Below the pieces are notes generated by a model. The model had not been told where the DNA came from. It saw only the letters and a program-made list of their open reading frames with translations, and searched no databases. From Clytia hemisphaerica (lineage: Eukaryota): a DNA stretch of 64,000 bases. The position numbers and the translations under genes were made by a program. The stretch is from NCBI RefSeq assembly GCF_902728285.1, contig NW_027104280.1, forward strand, positions 419,995-483,994. Reading direction: 5' to 3'. This document shows, piece after piece, positions 53,668-64,000 of this stretch (positions are counted from its first letter, which is position 1; the number at the start of each line of letters is the position of its first letter).

Positions 53668-53997
53668 AGTTCACTCGAAGTTGTTTTGTAATTACATTTT
53701 TATATATCCAGAAGTCTGAACAGCAGTCTCACCTTCTGCCATTGACAAAGTGTTTTTTATTTCACTCTTTTTGTACACACCTCTTGAAAAGACGTTCTTA
53801 TAGAATTTATCAGAACACGAGGCTCCATTTTGTTGTCCTATTTCTAAGGACAAATTAGGAACAATCAGAACTTATTCTCTCAGGGATAGCTAAGAAAAGT
53901 TTTAAGTTCTGAAATGAAGAAGGTGTACCTATTAAAACATTCTTAGAAAATCTTAAATAAATCTTATTAATTGTCTTAATCCTCGTTTACTGACTAT

Positions 53998-54680
53998 AAA
54001 ACAACTTCTAATTTCATGAAATTTTTTATTTCCGTCAAGATTGCATTTGGGAGGAAAACAACTTCTAATTTCATGAAAATTTCATTTCCGTCAAGATTGC
54101 ATATGGGAGGAAAACAACTTCTAATTTCATGAAAATTTTTTATTTCCGTCAAGATTGCATTCTGGAGGAAAACAACTTCTAATTTCATGAAAATATTTAT
54201 TTCCGTCAAGATTGCATATGGGAGGAAAACAACTTCTAATTTCATGAAATTTTTTATTTCCGTCAAGATTGCATTTGGGAGGAAAACAACTTCTAATTTC
54301 ATGAAAATTTCATTTCCGTCAAGATTGCATTTGGAAGGAAAACAACTTCTAATTTCATGAAAATTTCATTTCCGTCAAGATTGCATTTGGGAGGAAAAAA
54401 ACTTCTAATTTCATGAAATTTTTATTTCCGTCAAGATTGCATTTGGGAGGAAATAACTTCTAATTTCATGAAAATTTCATTTCCGTCAAGATTGCATATG
54501 GAAGGAAAACAACTTCTAATTTCATGAAAATTTCATTTCCGTCAAGATTGCATTTGGGAGGAAAAAAACTTCTAATTTCATGAAATTTTTATTTCCGTCA
54601 AGATTGCATTTGGGAGGAAAACAACTTCTAATTTCATGAAAATTTTTTATCTATCAAGATTGCATATGGGAGGAGGAATT
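53998..54680. repeat. Tandem repeat with an about 60-bp unit (acaacttctaatttcatgaaattttttatttccgtcaagattgcatttgggaggaaa), about 11 copies
   Basis: Direct copies; the - strand ORF 53994-54302 is a repeat artefact. Confidence 0.9.
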
Positions 54681-55137
54681 TGACTTGAATCACCTCAAAC
54701 AACGGATTTATAAAAAGTCGGATCAACAGAAAGCCTTGGATAATTACAATAACCAGTAAGAATGTCACGGTCGCTTGGTGGACTCGAACTAATTCAAACT
54801 TCTGTTACTCCAATCTTTCCATAAATAAACTAATATCTTGGCTCTCCTCAAAGGCCAACTCCCGTAAAATATTCTCTATAATTCGAATCTTAGAATTAGA
54901 CTCCCCGTTAGAGTTCGAATAATTGAGTGCTAACTGTAGAACGTACGGCTGGTAACAATTGTTAATTATTATTGATACGTTGAATTCTCTTTTAAATCTT
55001 TCTGTAATTCGAAGTAAAACTAGTCCCCCCTCAGATGGAAAGTTTTCCTATCTTTTATTTCAATCTCTCTCTAACTCGAATAAAATTCACTAACGTGATC
55101 GAATTATAGAGATTTACATACATTTTTTTCAGTATCC

Positions 55138-55214
55138 AGCAAAAAGGCTTATCCACAACTGGCAATGCTTGGCCACCGTTACGCAAACCAAGTGATGTTC
55201 ATCCTTCAATGAAG
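55138..55214 (+). CDS. Candidate exon (IQQKGLSTTGNAWPPLRKPSDVHPSMKKMF-); uncertain
   Basis: ttttttcag|tat...gttcag|gtcaga; phase conflicts with neighbours. Confidence 0.2.
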
Positions 55215-55689
55215 AAAATGTTCAGGTCAGATATTCCTTCCTACCTCCAAAACCAAAATTTGTGAAATTGAAAAATATGCATTACGTATCTGGAATAAAA
55301 ACTGACGCAATCTGTATTGATTAATCAACGCTAGTTACACCTTCTAAAATCTGGGAGAATATGCGAAGCTCCGCAGGATATTCGTAGAGTCCATTAGCGA
55401 GGGTGGCGAAAAATTAGACAGATATTTCAAGCTTGAGTGACACGATAATTCGATTAAATTGTCCGAGTGAGTATATATTGTGTGTGAAATCATATTCTTC
55501 CCCGTCATTTTACATTTTGTAGAGTTCTCGAAGATAAACAACTGCATCAAATATTGATTTTCATCATCTATAAGGTAAAAAATAAATGATGGCCCACTCT
55601 TTGACAGCGGGGTTGTTTACCTCAAATCATTATTTGAAAGCTATTAAACTCTCTTATATCGAATTTTTTTTCCTTCAGCTTAACTTTCG

Positions 55690-56275
55690 GACCAGGGGGG
55701 GGGGGCACGCAGTTACTACAAGACAGTATGACACTTACTACCGTGGTGGTACTGTATTCAGAAGTTATGAAAACAGTTACTACCACAGTGTAGTAACTGC
55801 TGTTTGGGGGTGGTGCCAAACACTAAAACTAGCACTTTTGGTGTAGTAAGTGCTTATATTTTAATTCTTTTTAAAGAACTTTCAAAATTTTTCACAAAAA
55901 ATGAATTTTTTTGTGAAAAAATTCTTTGGTAAAAAAAATATTTTTGTTATAAATGGACGAAAAAAAATTTGAAATTTTTCTCAGACCCAACTTTGAAATT
56001 ATGCTTTCCCTAATTATCATTAAAATGTTCTCAACAGGTGTTAACCAAGTAAATTAAAAGAAAATCTAGCACAAAAATGGCTTTAGGTTGAAAAATAATC
56101 GCAATTTAGGGTAATTTCGAGCATTTTTTTGATGATATCACTCAAAAACAGGGGTGGTACCTGGAAATCTTTTCTGAAAAGTGTAGTAACTGCAAAGGGT
56201 GGTGGTCCTGAAAAAAAGTGTTGAAAAAGCACTTACTACACATCATGTCTTGTGGTAACTGCGTGCCCCCCCCTG
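55690..56275. mobile_element. MITE (about 590 bp) with G-run TIR 'ggggggggcacgcagttactacaagac'
   Basis: 55703-55730 equals the reverse complement of 56245-56272 (gtcttgtggtaactgcgtgccccccc); flanking 'ttcgga' on both sides may be a TSD. Confidence 0.7.
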
Positions 56276-56478
56276 TTCGGACATGTGTCTGTACAGGTGG
56301 ATCTCTGACTTTGTTTGTTTGTTTGTTTCAATCCGAAAAGAAGGATAAGTTTACATACAAGAGTAACGATGAAACACTATAGACATATAATTTCATTTTG
56401 TCGAGGTCAGAGGTCGTAACTGTTCCTATCGTGTCTGTCTTTCGAAACTCTAAATAACTTCTCGGAAACTTTTTTCAG

Positions 56479-58400
56479 GCAGTAACAGAGGAACAAATGA
56501 TTCCAGAAAGCACGATGATTTCAACACTCCACCTTCTACAACTCGTGCTCAGCCATCAAAAATCGAATGAGGTAACTTCGACGCTAAATAACACAATTTC
56601 AGCAAACAAGTACACGCTTTTTTATTAGAATATACTTTATAAGAATAATAATGATGAAATTGGCCAAAAAATGAAGAATATGCTAAGAATAACACCATCA
56701 TGGAATTTGGCAACTGAACCTAAGAATGCCATTGTTAGAACATTTTCATTTATAAATTTCCAAGTAAGGCACGCTGCTTTCACAAAAATGCCATTTTATG
56801 CTTTAAACGTATTATTAAATGTTAAATCTAGTCTAGTCTAACCTTAGAATGCTGTAAGAATATTTTAGGATGATTTTCCCCAAAAAGTTAAGAATATCCA
56901 TCATGAAAAAACACCATTCTTATAAAAAAGCGTGTATTTAAAAGAAACTTTCCTGAATCTGGAATCTGAGATGGGTACGACAAACTCAATGTAGTTTTAT
57001 GAAGCGTTGGCATACTTGTAATGAGATTATGTTTTCAACATTTTGTTTTTCAGGCTCCGATGAACGCGGATGCGAAAGATACAAAGAACAAAGTAATGGA
57101 GATAACTATTTCTTATCTCCATCATACCAATCAAAAGGAGACACAAGAAAACATTCTCGCTCAAATACACCAAGAGATAAGTAAAGGTAAAGAGTCTTTA
57201 TCCCCCTGATTCCCCAACCCTCAGCTTGACTCATTTAACAACGCCTGAAAATGTTTTTAGCCATACATTTGTCGTATATTTATTTATTCCACCTTCAACC
57301 TGACGAAGTGCCATTCCAAGAGTCTATGTCCAATTGAACTCATAAACATTGGGTGTTATCCAGTGGTGCATGGGTCGCGGTGCTTCTAGGTCCCTACTGG
57401 TTGTATCAAAAAAGAAAGTGTGATGTACCCCTTTCTCTGGTATCACTGTAATGTAATATCCGGTCGTGACTTAGTATTGTCTTAAATGTCAATCGTCTAC
57501 ATTCATACTTTCCTTCTCAGATAACGAAATGGATCGAAAGTTCCAGCAACATCAGGAGACAATACAACAACACCAAACAGGCGAAGAGGTTTTATTCGAG
57601 GAGGACGGCATCACATTCTTCATGGCGGATTATTTCTTCAACATACTATTCAAACCATTGTGCTTACACATGGACACGTTGCTCGAACATGGAGTTTATT
57701 GTAAGTTGAATATGAGATCCCGACATCTCGTCTGGCACACCATTCAACCTCCCCGTCCTTGTTGTTGTTCATCAAATGACAACAATGAGTTTATGTATTT
57801 GCATTTTTGAGGACGGAGAAGTGACTGAAGCGATTTGAAAAAGTTTTAGACCCTCAAAATGAGGGACAGTAAAAATGCGATTTAGTGAAGAATTCTCTTC
57901 CACTGTAGTTCTTATCTTATGTACTTTCCAAACTATTTTTCGCCGCGATATGATGTCATGGCATGACGTCAAAAAAGGGTAAAAACAGATAACTATGGTC
58001 TAACTTACTAAAGAATTAATTGTATGTAATCACTAAATAAAAACTTTAAGTGAGGTGAACCATAGTGTTGAAAAACGAAGAATATCAAAATTATTTTATT
58101 TGATACGTCTTTTCTCTAGCGGTGGGTGGAACCTGTAAGCACTTCAAGAACTTACTTCAACAATTACCAGACGAACACAAAACCTTCCTCAAATACCTTT
58201 TGATGTATTGGAATCACCTTCTCAAACAAAGAGATGTCAAACCACAACATCTACCATTCGTTAAAAGAAGAACTGAATCAAAATCATTCGCAACTGTTCT
58301 CGAACTGTTGTTGGAAAACTTCGAAAGAGTCTTTCAGGTAGTTATCACACCAAAGATCAACTTTTCTTTTATTTTGATTTTTTCAGGTGACTAAAGTGAA
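56479..58400 (+). CDS. 3' terminal exons of a + strand gene (56479-56571, 57054-57186, 57521-57700, 58120-58337, 58377-58400 with stop). Possibly the C-terminus of the UBR3-like gene; product not assigned
   Basis: Phase-consistent GT-AG chain: AVTEEQMIPESTMISTLHLLQLVLSHQKSNE / APMNADAKDTKNKVMEITISYLHHTNQKETQENILAQIHQEISK / DNEMDRKFQQHQETIQQHQTGEEVLFEEDGITFFMADYFFNILFKPLCLHMDTLLEHGVY / SVGGTCKHFKNLLQQLPDEHKTFLKYLLMYWNHLLKQRDVKPQHLPFVKRRTESKSFATVLELLLENFERVFQ / VTKVNRM*. Confidence 0.5.
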
Positions 58401-58902
58401 CAGAATGTAAAGTAGATTGACTGATTTTTCTGAAAAGAAATTTCTTACACAATGTAAAATTACGGGGACGACAAAGTGATTTCTTATGAGATGTAGTAAT
58501 CACATATTGAATATTGCAAATTTCAAATTATATTACATAGGCTACATAGTAAAAGTATATATTTTTGAAAATCGCCAAGCTTTAAGCTTTCCAAAGATGT
58601 GTAAATAACGTTTATACGACCTATCTATAAAAAGTTGAATTTTTTCTTCTTCATTTTTCTTCATGTTCTTTTCAAATTTCACGGAAAAAACTAACAGTAA
58701 ATTTATACGCTCCTTCCTACCTTGTCAACGATACTAAACTTTTTAAGATTGAAGCATTGGTTGAGAATAACAAGCAAAGCAAAATTTAGTGCACACTTAT
58801 CGTGAATAGACTTAAGTTCAGTACAAAAATTGAGCTCGTATTTCTTAGACCTATGCCATACTCTGCTTGATTTTATTAGAGAAATTTTACGAGGATAGGT
58901 AT

Positions 58903-61900
58903 GTGTTAGCCTTGTGAGCTAACAAAGTGTTGTTCTGGGGGTGTGATAAATGTAAGAATTTGTAACTACGGTTTTCTAATGTCTTTACTCTATGAACTCC
59001 GATATACTCTATAAATCCCATATTAAATTATCTCTAGGACCTGATAGCTATATCAACAACCTTGCGCATAATGATGCCCAAGGTGTGTTGATATTCGCTA
59101 GCATAGCTAACAGCCCCGTTGAAATAAAAAATGTTCCACATTTTCTTCTAATAAAATACTACAAATTTTGTAAAATAATCTTTTAAATAAAACAATTTCT
59201 TTTTACTGGTACCCTAACGGTTCACAGCCTTAAATAATAAAATATTTATTTCTAGTGATATAATAAAATGTTAATTGAACGATAGTGTCAGAAAGACTTC
59301 GTCGTCGGATAGAATGAGTGTCAATTTTCAATGCGATGGAGGGTAGCGAATTCTCATATCGTTCACTGTTCATGACGATAATATCTAACATCTCATGTCT
59401 GGCAACTCAAGTTTTCTTTCAAATACATCATCTCTTCTGACATCTAACAGTTGCAATATGTTATGTAATAAACTGCGCAATTATTTTCAAGTAAACTCAC
59501 TCACATATTAGTGAAACTCATTTTCTCACGAAAGTGTTCAATCTTGGCTTGAAGTCTTTCGTTTTGCGCTTTAAGCTTTCTGCTATAACCTATGCCTCTC
59601 TTCATTGTTCATATGCTCATAATTGTACTTCTTATCTTTGTTCTCATCAGAATTTTGATGCTTTAGTTTCTTGCAATGAAGATAGTTCAGATTTCTCTTG
59701 TCGAGTCTCTTGTCGAGTTTCGCATGATTCACCTTACTTTTAAGAATCTGATAACGCATAATTATCTTGGAAAGCTATTACTGCGTTTCTCTGCGTTTTA
59801 CAACCATGGATCAACTTAGCATTCTTCTGTCGATGCAATCGTTTTTACTGCGACGTAACCATGGGCAGCTTCTTCATAATGTTTTGTTATGTTATTCTGT
59901 TTTCTCAGTGAAACCATGCGTTCCTTCACTTCGGACATCTTTGACCACCAAACTATGTCTCTCAGGACATTTTAACCATTCTTCTATTGATAACGGTGTG
60001 TTTGACTGTTTCTTTTTGGACCTACCTAAGGTAGTCCTTTAAATTAACCCTTGTCCGTTCGTTCGTCCGTTCGTTCGTTCGTTCGTCTGTTGCCAGCTTT
60101 TCTCGGGATCGGCTCATTAGTTTTTTCTAATTTTTTGCACAATGATGCAAAATGGCAATGCCCAAAATGTGACGGAGCCCGATTTTCGAAAAAAAAATTT
60201 TTCCGGCCGAAAATGGCGGAAATATGCCGGAAAAACTGGTTTTTCGGCATTTTCTCGAGATTTCATCATTAGTTTTTTCTGATTTTTTGCTCAAAGATGC
60301 GTATTAATAATGCCCAAAACATGGCCTAGTCCGATTCTTGAGAAAAAATTTTTTCCGGCCGAAAATGCCGGAAATATGCCGGAAATCGCCGTTTTTCTGG
60401 ATTTTCATTGGACTTTTTCCATATAATTGGTTGTTTTTTTTCATTCAAAAACATTATTAATAGCAATGCCCACCATCAAGCATGTTTCAATTTTCAATAA
60501 AATTGATTTTTGAAGCCGGAACTTTCTAAAAATCGCCGGAACAGCCGATTTTCGCCGGAAAAACGGTATTTCTTGAATTTCTTGAGCTGTACTTTATATT
60601 TTTTCATGAAATTTTGCACACTGATGCAAAATGTCAATACCTAAATTGTGACGGAGCCCGATTTTCGAAAAAAATTCAATTCCGGCCGAAAATGGCGGAA
60701 ATATGCCGGAAAAACTGTTTTTTTGGCATTTTCTCGAGATTTTATCATTAGTTTTTTCTGATTTTTTGCTCAAAGATGCGTATTAACAATGCCCAAAACA
60801 TGGTCGAGTCAGATTTTTGAGAAAAAATTTTTTCCGGCGGAAAATGCCTGAAATATGCCGGAAATCGCCGTTTTTCTAGATTTTCATTGGACTTTTTCTT
60901 TACAATTGGTTGTTTTTTCATTCAAAAACATTATTAATAGCAATGCCCACCATCAAGCATGTTTCAATTTTCAATAAAATTGATTTTTGAAGCCGGAACT
61001 ATTTTAAAAGTCGCCGGAACAACCTATTTTCGCCGGAAAGACAGTATTTCTTGAATTTCTCGAGCTGTACTTTACATTTTTTTATGAAATTTTGTACACT
61101 GATGCAATATGACAATACCTAAAATGTGACGGAGCCCGATTTTCGAAAAACATTTTTTTCCATCCGAAAATGCCGGAAATATGCCGGAAAAACCGGTTTT
61201 TTGACATTTTCTCGAGATTTTATCATAAGTTTTTTCTGATTTTTTGCAGAAAGATGCGTATTTGCAATGCTCAAAACATGGCCGAGTTCGATTTTGGAGA
61301 AAAAAATTTTTCCGGTTGAAAATGCCGGAAATCGCCGTTTTTGCAGATTTTCATTGGATTTTTTCCTTATATTTCTATGTTTTTCACACAAAAACATTAT
61401 TGATAACAATGCTCACCATCAAGCATGATTCAATTGTCAATAAAACAGATTTTTGCAACCACAACTTCCTATTTATCATTTCCCTACAACCCTCCCCTCT
61501 CCCCCCATCAACAATCAATGATGAATTTATTGCGTTGTGTATTTTCGCTAAACGATATATTTTCTGACTGATTTTTTTCATTTTTCTTTTCGCATTGCTA
61601 TCTAAATTTCATCATCAGGTAGGTCCATTCAGCATGTTGCTTGTTAGCTTCTTCGTTTTCTTCGATTGAAGATAAGCTTGTTTTTGACTCGCTTTCTTCT
61701 GTTGTTGAGGTTAATCTCTTTCCACTGCGAAACCACCTCTTGTGCATACTTTTGATTCTTTATGTCGAACTATCTTTTTAATTGCAAACAAATTTCTTTC
61801 AAATGTTATGTTTATTTCTTTATGCAGCCATGTGCATACTTTCATTTTGGGCATCCTTTCCAAACACTTGTGCAATACCAATTTTTGTTCATTTCGATTG

Positions 61901-63548
61901 TTTGTACATCATTAAAACAGTTCTGTTTGACATTATGCAGTTGTGTTAATACCCTCTTCTTCGGTACATTTCTCGAAACATCTAGACAATATTTCGTTTG
62001 TTTGCTTTGTTTTCAAAACTTTTCAGCTTGATAAACAACTTTTTTCATCTTCTGTGATGAGATTTTGAATTCAGTCAAGTTATTCGCTTAACTGCTTTCT
62101 CACATTCAGCATGTGCTCATGCTTGATTCATTGATTTTAATTTAAATCTTCTAATTTTATTTTAATTCTTCTCTCATTTTGTGCATAATATTTCTCATCC
62201 CTTTTTTTTACATTGAATTCTATCTTAGCCTTTTGCTGATTTCGAAAGTTTTTCCTTTACATTTTTCTGGGATTCCTCTTTCCCATACGGTACATAATCT
62301 TTGGTGCCTCTATTTGTTTAATACTTCATTTTCATTAGATGTCTTCCCAAAATGTGTAATCTTGCTGGACTACCATTTCAATGTGTGCTTACGTTAAGCA
62401 AATACACCGTTATCTTTCTCATCAGGAACATATTCATCTGTGTATTGCTACTCGCCTTCCTTCGGCTATATTACTCATGATACGTACTCTATGACATTTT
62501 ATTTCTATTCAGGCTTGCAAACTCAAGTCAACGTCCTCGATAATGGGCCCTTCGAGGATGAATTCTCGAAGATTGCGTGCTCTGACATTATGTATACATA
62601 TTCTTATTCGCTGCGAATGATTCGCACATGCGATCGACTTTCAACCATGGTTTCTGCTGTCACTGCACAAGGCATCAGTACATATTCCCAAACCATGGAC
62701 TTTCGTTAACGCGTTATCGTTCCTGGAATATACTCAAATTTCAGTTCTTCAATTTTACGTTTTCATTTATATTTTCTATTCTTTACTTGTATTGCGCCTT
62801 AAATCTTTAATTTTCAAATTGCTTTTACTGCACCACAATTCTTTATTTCATATTTCACCATAAATATTTGTAAGTCACAACATTCGTATTTTCTCACAAA
62901 TACCCGCAAATCACAAAAATTCGTACACACGTACCTCTTGTAATTGCCATTATACGCTAATTAACTTCGTCGTAACCCTGACAAAGGGGAGCTTTGGGGT
63001 ACTGTTCTTGCTCAAGGGAGCCCCAGAACATTTTATAGTTCTGCTCAGGACAACAAATGATTTCACCAAATCATATCCATACCATAACAATATCAATCAA
63101 TAAGTCAATTTCAAGAAACTTTTTAATTCAAGAAACTTCGAATGGCCAACTCAATGTATCATTTGACCATTCCAACCATGAAACATCTCAAATGTTCATG
63201 CTAAAATATTTTATGCAAATGTTCAACACTGTTTTGTTCATCTTTATAGCTCTCAAGCTAACTCACTCTCGTATCGCATCCCCAGAACAACACAACAACT
63301 TCCGAATCATTACGATCTCGGTAGAACCTCCATTTGTTAGCCTTGTGAGCTAACAAAGTGTTGTTCTGGGGGTGTGATAAATGTAAGAATTTGTAACTAC
63401 GGTTTTCTAATGTCTTTACTCTATGAACTCCGATATACTCTATAAATCCCATATTAAATTATCTCTAGGACCTGATAGCTATATCAACAACCTTGCGCAT
63501 AATGATGCCCAAGGTGTGTTGATATTCGCTAGCATAGCTAACAGTATG
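58903..63548. mobile_element. LTR-like direct repeat pair (about 212 bp; 58903-59114 and 63337-63548; termini TGTTAGC...GCTAACA) bounding an about 4.2-kb non-coding interior. Possible non-autonomous LTR element (TRIM/LARD-like) or segmental duplication
   Basis: The two copies are near-identical; 5'-tgttagc / gctaaca-3' terminal inverted dinucleotides TG..CA; no gag/pol ORFs inside; no clear PBS or PPT recognised. Confidence 0.45.
60040..61640. repeat. Tandem array (about 480-bp unit, about 3 copies) of the same interspersed repeat family seen at 8100-8520
   Basis: 'ttgcaca.tgatgcaa.atg.caat.cc.aaa.tgtgacggagcccgattttcgaaaaa' recurs at about 60130, 60608 and 61090. The ORFs at 60051-60272 and 61244-61567 are artefacts. 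Confidence 0.8.
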
Positions 63549-63617
63549 CCAGAAATGTCAAAAAATTAAAACGAAAAACTTAGATCACACTGCTTTACAT
63601 TGCAATTTTATTTTGTA

Positions 63618-63798
63618 GGTTTACGAGCCGATGGTTGCATTTGCTTACACAGCTTTTGATATCGAACTTCCATCTGCTTCTCTGGTGAATAATGCATTTC
63701 AATGCATCAAACAAAACCACTCCCTTGTGAAGAAAGATATCAATTACTTCGTCAACTTGCACAATCAGAAGATTGTTCACTCGGAACAAAGTGAAGGT
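63618..63798 (+). CDS. Candidate exon of a downstream + strand gene (VYEPMVAFAYTAFDIELPSASLVNNAFQCIKQNHSLVKKDINYFVNLHNQKIVHSEQSE)
   Basis: ttttgtag|gtt...gtgaag|gtaatt; an open 60-codon frame. Confidence 0.3.
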
Positions 63799-64000
63799 AA
63801 TTTCCCACTCGCATTAGTCCATTTAGATGGGTCAAAATTTTCAGTTTTTTTAACATAACTTTTGATTGAATAATATATTTCCTTGACAAGTTAAAAATTG
63901 TACATAACTCCGAGTTTCATGCTCTCCTAGCAATCGTCAGATGTGAATAAAATCAAAACATACTTCTCTTTTTCTACAAAGGTTAAAACATTGAAAAAAT

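Noticed and set aside
53994-54302. 102-aa - strand ORF (MKLEVVFLPNAILTEIKNF...)
   Set aside because: It is a pure artefact of the 60-bp tandem repeat.
1-64000. Prokaryotic-style interpretation (operons, RBS, terminators, tRNA/rRNA genes)
   Set aside because: The sequence shows spliced multi-exon genes with GT-AG introns, polyA signals, LINEs and MITEs. No rRNA or tRNA-like sequences were recognised.

Overview
This window is eukaryotic DNA, most likely from an AT-rich invertebrate metazoan (about 33% GC). It has GT-AG spliced genes, non-LTR retrotransposons, many MITEs and satellites, and no prokaryotic operon structure. The provided ORF track allows alternative start codons, and many of its ORFs fall inside repeats and are spurious. 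Gene content, all read from the sequence: (1) + strand, a multi-exon ortholog of RACGAP1/MgcRacGAP/CYK-4 (coiled-coil, C1 zinc finger, RhoGAP) at 7398-16268 with at least 22 coding exons and a truncated LINE inside one intron. (2) + strand, a small secreted protein with two Kazal domains at 16842-18953, with a MITE in intron 1. (3) - strand, DDRGK1 (UFM1-pathway ER protein) in 8 exons at 19281-21816. (4) - strand, a nearly intact non-LTR retrotransposon at about 22150-25620 (PHD-finger ORF1, APE-RT ORF2) with a single frameshift. (5) + strand, a UBR3-like E3 N-recognin gene starting at 28904 with an unmistakable UBR box, with exons identified out to 47943 and probable 3' terminal exons at 56479-58400. 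(6) Inside UBR3 intron 1, a head-to-head two-gene cassette at 29820-33479: a Cys/His-rich protein of about 560 aa and a 'GRSGTNKSS...VDEFSTF' NTPase-like protein of about 440 aa, followed by an 86-bp satellite array. It has no recognisable host function and is the best candidate for a novel mobile or virus-derived system. (7) An intronless class C (mGluR-like) GPCR of 773 aa at 50426-52747, nested between UBR3-like exons. The rest is repeat landscape: at least 8 MITE or TIR elements (several nested in 1500-7030), minisatellites and satellites with periods of about 19, 60, 86, 156 and 480 bp, an LTR-like direct repeat pair at 58903/63337, and a dispersed 15-bp motif 'gtcccgtacgtaac' in 9 copies across 38.5-41.1 kb.
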